NCBI RefSeq assembly: GCF_048263515.1
Contig: NZ_JBLXEC010000018.1
Span: forward strand, 20,420 to 84,419
Source of the DNA: Marinovum sp.
GTDB lineage: Bacteria > Pseudomonadota > Alphaproteobacteria > Rhodobacterales > Rhodobacteraceae
Direction of reading: 5' to 3'
Length of the DNA: 64,000 nt
Part shown: positions 32,453-43,211 of the stretch, one piece after another
How the letters are laid out: each line of letters begins with the position of its first letter
How positions within the stretch are numbered: position 1 is the stretch's first letter
Notes under the pieces: model-generated
The model's database searches: none
The model's input: the letters and a program-made list of their open reading frames with translations, nothing else
Told to the model about the DNA's origin: nothing
Position numbers and translations under genes: made by a program

Positions 32453-33601
32453 TCACGCCTTGGAGCCACCGAAGGCCCGGATCAGGTAGCTCGGCAGCCG
32501 CCGCACCAGCGCGCGCATCAGGTCGGGATATTCGATCTCGCCGCCCAGAAGCCGCATGTAGTCATACCGCAGGTGGCCGGATTTGCGCACCGCGCGGACG
32601 AAGCCTTGCTTGAACGGCCCCCAGTAGAGCAGCAGCCGCACCCGGTTGGCATGGCGCATCGCCGTCAGGATCGGGCGGAGCCGCGCGCGGTAGAGCCGCA
32701 GCGCCGCGTCGGGTTCATGCCGCGCCAGCGCGTCGCGCGCGGCCAGCGCCGCCATCTCGCCGGATTTCATCGCATAGGCAATGCCCTCGCCGGTGACCGG
32801 ATCGACCAGCCAGGCGGCATCGCCGGCCAGCAGCACGTTGTCGCGCCCGGGGCGGCGGCGGGCCTGGCCGAAGGGCAGGTACTGGCCCTTGATCCGGGTC
32901 CCCGGCGGCACCCCGAGATCGGCCATGTAGGCGCGCATGATCGTCTTGAGATCGGGGTTGCGGCTGTGCACGCCGCCGACACCCACAGTATGGGTGCCGG
33001 ATTTGGGGAAGGACCAGCCGTAACCCCAGTTCGCCGCCCCCATGTCGATGCGCAGCGGCGCATCGGCCGGCAGGGGAGGGCCCTCGGCCTCGAGCGCGAA
33101 GCCGATGCGGGCGGGATCGAAAGGCCGGCCAAAGAGCGCCCGGGCGGTGGCGCTGTTGACGCCATCGGCACCGATGACGATGGGCGCCTGAAGCGTGAGG
33201 CCGGAGGCCAGGGTCACGCGGCCGGCCTCGGGGGTCAGCTCGGTGATGCGCTGGCCGGTGAAATCCTCGGCCCCGGCGTCGAGCGCCAGCGCGCAGAGAT
33301 GGGCGTCGAGCGACAGCCTCATGGTCAGGTAGACCGGCGGAATATCCTCGATCACGCCCAGCTTTTCGCCGAAACCATAAAGGGTTACCGCCGACTTGCT
33401 GTCGAACTCGGCGGGCAGCTCGGTGGCAAAGATCTCGCGGTAGTAGCGCGCCGCCCGGCCGGTGAACCCGGCGCCGCAAAGCTTGTCTCTGGGAAAGCGG
33501 GCCTTGTCGACCAAAGCGGTCCGAAGGCCGGCTTTCGCGGCGGTGCGCGCAGCAGCCGCCCCGGCAGGGCCCGCGCCGATGACAATCAGATCAAACAACA
33601 T
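32453..33601 (-). CDS. Geranylgeranyl reductase-family FAD monooxygenase/reductase
   Basis: IGAGPAG, FPRDKLC, GADG, GDAA..VDPVTGEGIAYA. Confidence 0.88.
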   Translation of the reverse strand: MLFDLIVIGAGPAGAAAARTAAKAGLRTALVDKARFPRDKLCGAGFTGRAARYYREIFATELPAEFDSKSAVTLYGFGEKLGVIEDIPPVYLTMRLSLDAHLCALALDAGAEDFTGQRITELTPEAGRVTLASGLTLQAPIVIGADGVNSATARALFGRPFDPARIGFALEAEGPPLPADAPLRIDMGAANWGYGWSFPKSGTHTVGVGGVHSRNPDLKTIMRAYMADLGVPPGTRIKGQYLPFGQARRRPGRDNVLLAGDAAWLVDPVTGEGIAYAMKSGEMAALAARDALARHEPDAALRLYRARLRPILTAMRHANRVRLLLYWGPFKQGFVRAVRKSGHLRYDYMRLLGGEIEYPDLMRALVRRLPSYLIRAFGGSKA

Positions 33602-33710
33602 GCAGGCTCTTTCCCCGCTCGCCCCGGCGCGGTCAAGAGGCAAAAGGAAACCGGCGCGCGGGGGGCTCCAAGCCCCCATGCACGCCGGCAAAATTGACCT
33701 TGCGGAAGGT

Positions 33711-34268
33711 TCAGATCACGGTGACCGTGGTACCGATCGGCACCCGCGGATAGAGGTCCATCACATGGGCGTTGGCCATCCGGTAGCAGCCGTTCGATGC
33801 CGCCTGGCCGATCGAGGCGAGGTTGTCGGTGCCGTGGATTGCCGCATAGGTGTTGACGCCGTTCTGGAACAGATACATCGCCCGCGCGCCCAGCGGATTG
33901 CCCGGACCGCCCGGCTGGACGTAATCGTTGCCCTTGAAGCGGCCATAGGTCTGCGGCTCGCGCTCGATCATCGCGTCGGTGGGCCGCCAGGTGGGCCATT
34001 CCTTCTTGGCCTGGATCACCCCGGTGCCGGAAAACTCGAGCCCGGTGCGACCGACGCTGATGCCGTAGCGCAGGGCGCGGCCCGGTTCTTCGATGAAGTA
34101 GAGGAAACGCGATTTCTGCAGCACGATGATCTGGCCCGGGGCCAGGTCGGCGCGCACGCGGACGTATTGCGGGGCGAATTTCGGATCGAGTTGAAACTGT
34201 GCCCGGGCCAGCGACGGCAAGGCCAGGGCAGCGGCGACAGAGCCTGCAAACGTACGGCGCGAAATCAT
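33711..34268 (-). CDS. L,D-transpeptidase (YkuD), Tat-like signal
   Basis: SRRTF N-terminus; NPLGARA, IHGT...SNGCYRM. Confidence 0.92.
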   Translation of the reverse strand: MISRRTFAGSVAAALALPSLARAQFQLDPKFAPQYVRVRADLAPGQIIVLQKSRFLYFIEEPGRALRYGISVGRTGLEFSGTGVIQAKKEWPTWRPTDAMIEREPQTYGRFKGNDYVQPGGPGNPLGARAMYLFQNGVNTYAAIHGTDNLASIGQAASNGCYRMANAHVMDLYPRVPIGTTVTVI

Positions 34269-34385
34269 GGGGGTCCCTCCAGCAATGAGCCGGGGAATCA
34301 TATGGCAGGAGGTCCGTGAGCGGGAGTCAGGTTTCCGTTACCCCGGAAAGTTGTGGGCCCTGTGCAACGGAGTGCAGCGGCAGGC

Positions 34386-34607
34386 TCAGGCGGCGATCGG
34401 GCCGCGGGCCGGGGCGCTGTCCTCGGAGGGGCTGCTGCGCAGCGGCGCGGTGATCAGCGACAGCGCGATGCAGAGCATCGGCAGGGCCAGAGCGAGACCG
34501 AAATAGAGGCTCAGGGCGGCAAGACCGCTCATCCCGAAGACCAGCCAGCCCAGCAAACCGCCGAAGGCACCGAAGGTGCTGCCGAAGATGAATGCGATGC
34601 TGGCCAT
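34386..34607 (-). CDS. Small hypothetical membrane protein
   Basis: 73 aa, two Gly-rich TM helices, RBS GGAGA. Confidence 0.6.
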   Translation of the reverse strand: MASIAFIFGSTFGAFGGLLGWLVFGMSGLAALSLYFGLALALPMLCIALSLITAPLRSSPSEDSAPARGPIAA

Positions 34608-34768
34608 GTCGGTCTCCTGTCCCTCTGGTCTGAAATCCAGTAAGCGCGGCAAATGGGGCAGCAATGCGGCGCATTCGGTGCATTTTCCGGCGCAAGGTGC
34701 CGGGGTCTTGCCGCAAAGGCAAGCCGTCCCCAGATATTCGCAAAGCACGATATGAAGGAATCCGCGTC

Positions 34769-35191
34769 ATGAGCGCAAAGAAACTGACATGCCTCGACTG
34801 CGGGCAGGTGAACAAGGTGCCCGAGGCGCGGCTCGACGCCGGCCCGAAATGCGGCACCTGCGGCGCGCGGCTTATGCCGGGCAAGCCGGTGGAGATCGAC
34901 CTCGCCACGCTGAAAAAGGCCGCGCGCAACGACGAGGTGCCGCTGGTCGTCGACTTCTGGGCGCCCTGGTGCGGCCCCTGCCGGATGATGGCGCCGGAGT
35001 TCGACCGGGCCGCGGGCCAGGTCGGCACCAGGGCGCGGCTGGTCAAGCTCAACACCCAGGACGAGGCGCAGGCCGCCGGCAGCTACAACATCCGCGGCAT
35101 CCCGACCATGGTCCGCTTTGACCGGGGGCGCGAGGCGGGGCGGCAGTCGGGCGCGCTGACCGCCGACCAGATCTTGGGCTGGATCGGCTGA
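34769..35191 (+). CDS. trxC: Thioredoxin 2 with N-terminal zinc finger
   Basis: CLDC...CGTC zinc finger plus WCGPC. Confidence 0.92.
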   Translation: MSAKKLTCLDCGQVNKVPEARLDAGPKCGTCGARLMPGKPVEIDLATLKKAARNDEVPLVVDFWAPWCGPCRMMAPEFDRAAGQVGTRARLVKLNTQDEAQAAGSYNIRGIPTMVRFDRGREAGRQSGALTADQILGWIG

Positions 35192-35263
35192 AATCACGGG
35201 TCCACCCCTTGCAGGCCGGCGCAGGCTCTGACAGCTTCCCGCGCGTAAGGCAGGAGGTTGGTG

Positions 35264-35746
35264 ATGAGCGCGTTGATCTGGATCGGGTTGGTCATGGGGC
35301 TGGGGGGCACCCTGGCGATGGACATCTGGTCCGAGGTGCTGGCGCGGGGCTTTGGCCAGCCGCGCCCGGCCTGGGGGCGGATCGGGCGCTGGGCGGCGCA
35401 GCTGCCCGGGGGCCGGGTCTTTCACGACGACATCGGCGCGGTACACCCGGTGCAGGGCGAGGTCGCCCTGGGCTGGCTGGTGCATTACAGCGTCGGGCTG
35501 GCCTATGGCGTGATCTTCGTGCTGCTGTCGGGGCCGGACTGGCTGGCAGCGCCGAGCTTTCTGCCGTTGTGGATTTTCGCGATGGTCACCATCGGCGCGG
35601 GCTGGTTCCTGTTGCAGCCCGGGATGGGTCTGGGCTGGGCGGCGTCGCGCACGCCAAACCCCTGGAAGGTGCGCGGCATGGGGCTGGTGGCCCATACGGT
35701 CTTTGCCATCGGCATGTACGCGGTGGCGGTGCTGGGCGCGCCCTGA
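35264..35746 (+). CDS. DUF2938-family membrane protein
   Basis: GTLAMD, IGRW, GWLVHYSVG, LQPGMGLG..ASRTP; RBS GGAGG. Confidence 0.8.
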   Translation: MSALIWIGLVMGLGGTLAMDIWSEVLARGFGQPRPAWGRIGRWAAQLPGGRVFHDDIGAVHPVQGEVALGWLVHYSVGLAYGVIFVLLSGPDWLAAPSFLPLWIFAMVTIGAGWFLLQPGMGLGWAASRTPNPWKVRGMGLVAHTVFAIGMYAVAVLGAP

Positions 35747-35749
35747 GGC

Positions 35750-36289
35750 TCAGCGCTCTGACAAGGGCCTGAAGGGCCTGGCGCTGGTGTCCTTTTCCTG
35801 CGCCTGCATCCAGCCGTTTTCCCAGGACTGGTGATCGACGGTGTTCTCGGAATACGGATTGGCTTGGAAGGAGACCCCCTCCTGCCGGGCGATGTAGCCT
35901 TCGTCATAGGCGGCCATCCGCGGGTCCATCCCGGCGGAATGATGCGCCGTCTTCTGCAGGTGCTCGGCGAATTCGGGGTATTTCACCAGCACCGTCTGGT
36001 CGAGCCCGTCCGGATACTCCTCGAGTGCCTGCCGCCCGCGATCGGTCAGCGCGAGGGCGCCGTCCTCGGCAGGCTCCAGAATGCGGGCGATGCGCAGGTG
36101 ATCGAGCTGTCGCAGCAGCCGGACCCGCCGCTCATCCTCGGGCAGGCCCGGCGTCTTGCCGGCGGTCTGGAATAGGGCGTCGAGCCGGGCGGAACAGCTG
36201 TCGATGGTCACCGGTCCCCTTGCGGCGGCATGCAGGATGAGCGCCGTCAGGCTGGCGGTGCTGAGCAGGGGGTAGTCATTGTCGAACAT
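35750..36289 (-). CDS. Mrr-N-like winged-helix protein with C-terminal RMF-like motif
   Basis: LTDRGRQAL..YPDGLD..L.KYPEF followed by AYDEGYIA..G..NPY..SWENGW. Confidence 0.65.
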   Translation of the reverse strand: MFDNDYPLLSTASLTALILHAAARGPVTIDSCSARLDALFQTAGKTPGLPEDERRVRLLRQLDHLRIARILEPAEDGALALTDRGRQALEEYPDGLDQTVLVKYPEFAEHLQKTAHHSAGMDPRMAAYDEGYIARQEGVSFQANPYSENTVDHQSWENGWMQAQEKDTSARPFRPLSER

Positions 36290-36407
36290 GCGCGGCGGTC
36301 CTCTGATCTGACGCTTGAGGTCAGCCTAGGCGCAGGACGACGACCGGTAAAGAGGCAGGGTGAGGCCGGCGGGGCCGGGCCTCACCTCTGGTCGCGGGGC
36401 AGGGGCG

Positions 36408-36563
36408 TCAGACCCGGCCCATCAGCACGAGGATGATCAGCACGATCAGCACCACGCCGAGGATGCCCGAGGGCGCATAGCCCCAGTTGCGCGAATGCCC
36501 CCAGCGCGGCAGGGCGCCGATCAGGGCAAGGATCAAAAGGATGATCAGAATGGTATAGAGCAT
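36408..36563 (-). CDS. DUF3309-family small membrane protein
   Basis: GALPRWGHSRNWGYAPSG. Confidence 0.9.
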   Translation of the reverse strand: MLYTILIILLILALIGALPRWGHSRNWGYAPSGILGVVLIVLIILVLMGRV

Positions 36564-36748
36564 GGCGGTGTCCCTCTTCGGTTCGGGGTGATGGCGGTCT
36601 CGGAGCCTTTGCCGCAGCGACAAGGTCCGCGGCAGGTTGGCAACGCGCGAGCCGGGCTTCGGTTCCCTTGCGGAAGCGCGGTCTCTGGGCAGGGCGCGCG
36701 GGGTGGTGTAGCCTCGGGCCGAACAGCAGTTTTCAGAGGCAGAGCAAC

Positions 36749-37132
36749 ATGACAGAGACCCAATCGGCGCCGGACGGAGAGCTGACCCTGCGCACGCTGG
36801 CAATGCCGGCCGACACCAACGTCAACGGCGACATCTTCGGCGGCTGGGTGCTGAGCCAGATGGACATGGCCGCCGGCATCGTCGCCGGCGAAAAGGCGCA
36901 GGGCCGGGTGGCCACCATCGCCGTCGACGCGATGAAGTTCATCCGCCCGGTCAAGGTGGGCGACGTGCTCTGCGTCTACTGCCACATCGCGCGGGTGGGC
37001 CGGACCTCGATGGCGATCGAGGTCGAAGCCTGGGTCCGCCGCGAGCGCATGGGCATGCGCGAGAAGGTGACCGAGGCGATCTTTACCTTCGTGGCGATCG
37101 ACGGCGACGGGAGACCGCGCGAGGTCCCGTAG
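36749..37132 (+). CDS. Acyl-CoA thioesterase (YciA-like hotdog fold)
   Basis: MPADTNVNGDIFGGWVLSQMD. Confidence 0.92.
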   Translation: MTETQSAPDGELTLRTLAMPADTNVNGDIFGGWVLSQMDMAAGIVAGEKAQGRVATIAVDAMKFIRPVKVGDVLCVYCHIARVGRTSMAIEVEAWVRRERMGMREKVTEAIFTFVAIDGDGRPREVP

Positions 37133-37185
37133 GGTGGGTTTCCAACCCACCTTTTCGGGCGCGGTGGGTTGAAAACCCACCCCGC
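37129..37185. repeat. Inverted REP pair (REPIN-like) upstream of RAYT
   Basis: GTAGGGTGGGTTTCCAACCCACC (37129-37151) and reverse GGTGGGTTGAAAACCCACCCCGC (37163-37185). Confidence 0.9.
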
Positions 37186-37225
37186 GGTTACCTCGTGTTA
37201 ATCGCTTTTCGGGCAGTTTCGGCGC

Positions 37226-37837
37226 ATGCCGAACTACATTCGCCCGAAGGCCAGAGGGGCCACCATCTTCTTCACCGTCGCCCTCGCACAGCGCGGCGCG
37301 ACGCTTCTGACCGACGAGATCGAGCTGCTGCGCGATGCCGTCAGGGTCACCCGCGCGCGCCGGCCCTTTGTGATCGAGGCCTGCGTGGTGCTGCCGGACC
37401 ACCTGCACATGCTCTGGACCCTGCCATCTGACGATAGCAATTATTCCGACCGCTGGGGCGCGATCAAGGCGCGGTTCTCCAAGAGGGTGCGGCTGAAGCG
37501 GGGGGATGCGGTGGGTTGCAAACCCACCCTACGAGAGGCGGCGTCGTCCGGTTCTGCCCGCTCTGACGTAGAGCGACTGAGGGCGCGCCGCTCGGCCAGT
37601 AAGGTGAAGAAGCAGGACGCCGGCATCTGGCAGCGGCGGTTCTGGGAGCATCACATCCGCGACCGCACCGACTTGGAAAACCACATCAGGTGTTGCTGGG
37701 GCAATCCGGTAAAACACGGGCTGGTCGAGAGGCCGGTGGATTGGCGGTATTCCTCGATCCATCGCGATGTGCGGCTGGGGCGGGTGGAGCCGGAGTGGCG
37801 CTGCGGCGATCTGCGCGACATGTTCGGAGAGCCGTAG
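37226..37837 (+). mobile_element. REP-associated tyrosine transposase (RAYT/TnpA-REP); catalytic Tyr apparently replaced by Cys
   Basis: FFTV, HUH motif PDHLH, WQRRFWEHHIRD, NPVKHG, DWRYSS; flanked by REPs. Confidence 0.92.
37510..37532 (-). repeat. REP embedded in-frame within the RAYT CDS
   Basis: Reverse complement GTAG-GGTGGGTT-TGC-AACCCACC; encodes VGCKPTL. Confidence 0.9.
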
Positions 37838-38005
37838 GGTGGGTCTGTGACCCACCGCAGCGGGGCATTAGGCACGGGGCAAGCCCGCGAGATAACCCCG
37901 TAGGGTGGGTCTGTGACCCACCATGCCGCGGAGCTTCCGCCAAGGCGGTGGGTTGAAAACCCACCCTACGGGCCGCATCGGGTGCGCCGAGACGGCGCAC
38001 CCTGT
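37834..38005. repeat. REP cluster downstream of RAYT
   Basis: GTAGGGTGGGTCTGTGACCCACC at 37834-37856 and 37900-37922; reverse REP 37947-37969; variant hairpin GGGTGCGCCG-AGA-CGGCGCACCC 37980-38002. Confidence 0.9.
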
Positions 38006-38008
38006 ATC

Positions 38009-39664
<1,656 letters not shown>

Positions 39665-39776
39665 TGCTCGCCCCTTGGTTTGCCTGGAGGGCTAGATAAC
39701 GCTGCGCGGGACGAGGTGCAATGTGTCGCGGAGGGATGGGGTTGGAATGCCGCTCGGTGAGGCAGTGGGTTGTAGC

Positions 39777-39848
39777 GGTGGGTTACAAACCCACCCTACG
39801 GTGAAGCGCACGACGGACAGGACGGGTAGGGTGGGTTTGCAACCCACC
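39777..39848. repeat. Divergent REP pair between ettA and MOSC gene
   Basis: Reverse REP 39777-39799 and forward GTAGGGTGGGTTTGCAACCCACC 39826-39848. Confidence 0.9.
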
Positions 39849-39880
39849 TGCACGGAACGCGGCAAGGGAAGGAAAGACCT

Positions 39881-40351
39881 ATGGACCGACTGGCAGACCT
39901 GATCGCGCGCTATGCGCAGCCCGGGCGGTTTGACTGGATCGGCATCAGGCCGGTCCGGCGCGGCGAGATGCAGGCGCTGGACCGGGTGGAGATCACCGAG
40001 GCGGGGCTCAAGGGCGACCGGGGCCGCGCCGGCAAGCGGGCGGTGACGCTGGTGCAGGCCGAGCACATGGCGGTGATCGGCGGCTTTCTCGGCCAAGGCA
40101 CGGTGCCGCCAGAGGCGCTGCGCCGCAACCTGGTGATTTCGGGGATCAACATCGCGGGGCTGCGCCGCCGTCAGGTGGCACTGGGCGGCGCGCTGCTCGA
40201 GATCACCGGGCCCTGTGCGCCCTGCAGCCGGATGGAAGAGCACTTCGGTCCCGGCGGCTATGCGGCGGTGCGCGGTCATGGCGGCATGACGGCGCGGGTG
40301 TTGCAGCCCGGCGCTGTCGCGCTGGGCGATGTTCTGCGGCCAATCGATTGA
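39881..40351 (+). CDS. MOSC domain protein
   Basis: [32 protein letters not shown]. Confidence 0.88.
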   Translation: MDRLADLIARYAQPGRFDWIGIRPVRRGEMQALDRVEITEAGLKGDRGRAGKRAVTLVQAEHMAVIGGFLGQGTVPPEALRRNLVISGINIAGLRRRQVALGGALLEITGPCAPCSRMEEHFGPGGYAAVRGHGGMTARVLQPGAVALGDVLRPID

Positions 40352-40403
40352 CAATCCCGCCGGGTTTCCGCGAGATGGGCGCGTTTCCAAGGGGGCTGAC
40401 GCC

Positions 40404-41030
40404 GTGACATCCATCCCGACGCTGCGGCGCGGCCTGACCATCGGTTTGCTGGGCGGCTCCTTCGATCCGCCGCACGAGGGCCATGTGCACATCACCCGCG
40501 AGGCGCTCAAGCGGTTCGGGCTCGATCGGGTGTGGTGGCTGGTCAGCCCCGGCAACCCGCTCAAGGCCCATGGTCCGGCGCCGCTGGACGAACGAATGGC
40601 GGCGGCGCGGCGGATCATGCAGCACCCGCGGGTCGAGATCAGCGATTACGAGGCGCGGGCGGGAACCAGATACACCGCCGAGACGTTGGAAGCTCTGAGA
40701 CGGGATTACCAGGGCGCGAAATTCGTATGGTTGATGGGCGCGGACAACCTCGTGCAATTGCCGCAGTGGCAGGATTGGCAGCGCATCGTCGAGACGGTGC
40801 CAATCGGCGTGCTTGCCCGTCCCGGAGACCGCATCCGCGCCCGCAACTCCAAGGCCGCAAGGGTCTATGCCGCCGCGCGCATCCGCGGCCGCGAGTCGCT
40901 TCGGCTGGCGCAGGCCGAGGCGCCGGCCTGGTGTTTCGTCAACGTGCCGATGAAGGGCGAAAGCTCGAGCGCGATCCGCGCCACCGGGGCCTGGCGCCAT
41001 GATGGGGCCGGGGACACCTCTGAGGATTGA
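40404..41030 (+). CDS. nadD: Nicotinate-nucleotide adenylyltransferase
   Basis: [23 protein letters not shown]; GTG start chosen. Confidence 0.93.
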   Translation: MTSIPTLRRGLTIGLLGGSFDPPHEGHVHITREALKRFGLDRVWWLVSPGNPLKAHGPAPLDERMAAARRIMQHPRVEISDYEARAGTRYTAETLEALRRDYQGAKFVWLMGADNLVQLPQWQDWQRIVETVPIGVLARPGDRIRARNSKAARVYAAARIRGRESLRLAQAEAPAWCFVNVPMKGESSSAIRATGAWRHDGAGDTSED

Positions 41031-41173
41031 AACGGCCCATTGCACGCAGGGGTTGTGCGCTGTTCGCTCCTTCACGACGATGTGTCACCACGAGGTGAAT
41101 TGCGCGTTAAATTCGCCGCGACCGCAGGTATCGCGCGCTTGTCTGACACCAAGGGCTGAGGTTTAATCGATCC

Positions 41174-42676
41174 ATGACGCAAGCATTTTCAAGACGCATG
41201 TTTCTCGGCGCGGCGCTCGGATTTGCCGCGGTTCACGCCAATGCGGCCTCGCCCAGCCGGTCTCTGCGTCCGGTGGCGCGGCCGGGCAGCACCAAGCCCA
41301 TTCCCAAGGTCTTTCCCGCCGCCGAAACGATGGTCAAGGAGGCCAATCTTTCCGGACAGGTGACCTATGCGGTGATGGACGTCTCGACCGGCCAGTTGCA
41401 CGAGGCCGGCCAGCCCGAGCTCGGCCTGCCGCCGGCGAGCGTCGCCAAGGCGGTGACCGCGCTTTATGCGCTGGATGCGCTGGGAGAGGATCACCGGTTC
41501 ACCACGCGCGTGCTGGGCACGGCGCCCATCGTCGAGGGGGTTCTGGACGGCGACCTGATCCTCGCCGGTGGCGGTGATCCGACGCTGGGCACCGACGAGC
41601 TTGCCGCTCTGGTCAAGGCGCTGAAGGAGGCCGGACTGAAAGAGGTGACCGGCGACTTCCTGGTTTGGGGCGGGGCGCTGCCCTTTACCGACCGGATCGA
41701 CGTTGAGCAGCCCGACCATGTGGCCTACAGCCCGGCGGTTTCGGGGCTGAACCTGAATTTCAACCGCGTGCATTTCCAGTGGGCCCGCGAGGGCAGCGAG
41801 TACGAGGTGAGCATGGACGCCCGCAGCGGTCGCTACACCCCAGAGGTCTCGGTGGCGCGGATGCAGGTCGAGGACCGCAACCTGCCGGTCTATACCTACG
41901 AGGACGTAGCTGGCACCGACAGCTGGACCGTGGCGCGCGGCGCGCTGGGCAAGGGCGGGTCGCGCTGGCTGCCGGTGCGCAAGCCCGAGGCCTATGCCGG
42001 CGAGGTGTTCCAGATTCTGGCCGGGGCCGAGGGGATCTCGCTGAAGACGCCGCGTATTGTCGAGACCGCGCCGGAGGGCGAGACCCTGGCCGAGGTGCAA
42101 TCCGGCAAGCTGACCGACATCCTGCGCGACATGCTGAAATATTCCACAAATCTCACCGCCGAGGTGGTGGGCCTCTCGGCGACGAGGGCGCGGGGCATCG
42201 CGGCCGACGGGTTGCCGGCCTCGGGGCAGGCGATGTCCGACTGGGCGCGCGAGCGCTATGGCCTGACGTCCGACATGCGCTTTGCCGATCACTCTGGGCT
42301 GGGCGGCGACAGCCGGATCACCGCGACAGACATGGTGGCGATGCTGCGCGAGGCGCGCGGCGCGGGGCCGCTGCGTGAGCTTATGAAGCCGATCCCGATG
42401 CGCGACGAGAAGCGGCAGATCATCGACGATCATCCGGTCGACGTTGACGCCAAGACCGGAACCCTGAACTTTGTCTCGGCGCTGGCGGGCTATGCCACCG
42501 CCATCGACGGCAGCGAACTGGCCTTTGCGATCTTCACCGCCGATGTGCCCCGGCGCGACGCGCTGAGCATGGCCGAGCGCGAGCGCCCCGAGGGCGGTCA
42601 GGTCTGGCTCACCCGGTCGCGCAAGCTGCAGCAGCGGCTGCTGCAGCGCTGGGGCCAGGCCTTCGCCAACAGCTGA
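41174..42676 (+). CDS. dacB: D-Ala-D-Ala carboxypeptidase/endopeptidase (peptidase S13), Tat-like signal
   Basis: SRRMFL; SxxK (ASVAK), GGGDP, SxN (STN), KTG. Confidence 0.9.
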   Translation: MTQAFSRRMFLGAALGFAAVHANAASPSRSLRPVARPGSTKPIPKVFPAAETMVKEANLSGQVTYAVMDVSTGQLHEAGQPELGLPPASVAKAVTALYALDALGEDHRFTTRVLGTAPIVEGVLDGDLILAGGGDPTLGTDELAALVKALKEAGLKEVTGDFLVWGGALPFTDRIDVEQPDHVAYSPAVSGLNLNFNRVHFQWAREGSEYEVSMDARSGRYTPEVSVARMQVEDRNLPVYTYEDVAGTDSWTVARGALGKGGSRWLPVRKPEAYAGEVFQILAGAEGISLKTPRIVETAPEGETLAEVQSGKLTDILRDMLKYSTNLTAEVVGLSATRARGIAADGLPASGQAMSDWARERYGLTSDMRFADHSGLGGDSRITATDMVAMLREARGAGPLRELMKPIPMRDEKRQIIDDHPVDVDAKTGTLNFVSALAGYATAIDGSELAFAIFTADVPRRDALSMAERERPEGGQVWLTRSRKLQQRLLQRWGQAFANS

Positions 42677-42678
42677 GC

Positions 42679-43104
42679 CTAGAGCGTGAGGTGCCGCGCT
42701 CGGGCGCCCCGTTCGATCGCGGCGGCATGCAGCCGGTCGATGTTCAGCTCATAACGTATTTCCTCGAGCAGGCGCAGCTCTGCCTCGTGCAGCAGGCCGT
42801 CGGCGGCGGCCACGTCACACGACAGCGCATAGGCGGTCTCGAACAACCGTTCGGGCAGGTTGTCGCGGATCAGACCGAAGAGTGCGTCGAGACCGTCCTC
42901 CTGTTCGAACAGGTCAAAGACCGTGCGCGCCACCACGTTCATCCGGTCGACGTCGTAATCGGCAAAGACCGGCAGGTTGTTCACCGCGGTCTCGATCTTG
43001 ACGAGCTGGGCGGTATGGATGTTCTCGTCAGAGGCCGAGATGGCAATCATCAGGCCGACAAGGCAGTCCTGGGCGCTCAGCGTAAAGGCGTTTTCTTCGG
43101 TCAT
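42679..43104 (-). CDS. TerB-family protein
   Basis: ETAYALSCDVAAADG..EAELRLL..LNIDRLHAAAIERGARAR; RBS AGGAG. Confidence 0.8.
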   Translation of the reverse strand: MTEENAFTLSAQDCLVGLMIAISASDENIHTAQLVKIETAVNNLPVFADYDVDRMNVVARTVFDLFEQEDGLDALFGLIRDNLPERLFETAYALSCDVAAADGLLHEAELRLLEEIRYELNIDRLHAAAIERGARARHLTL

Positions 43105-43211
43105 TGGCATCTCCTGTTGCGGCGCAGAATATTGACCCCGCCCCCCGCCCGCAATAGGGAGAGCGAGCCTGCGCGCATGGGGCGCGTGTGCCTACCGGAG
43201 ATGCCCTGATT

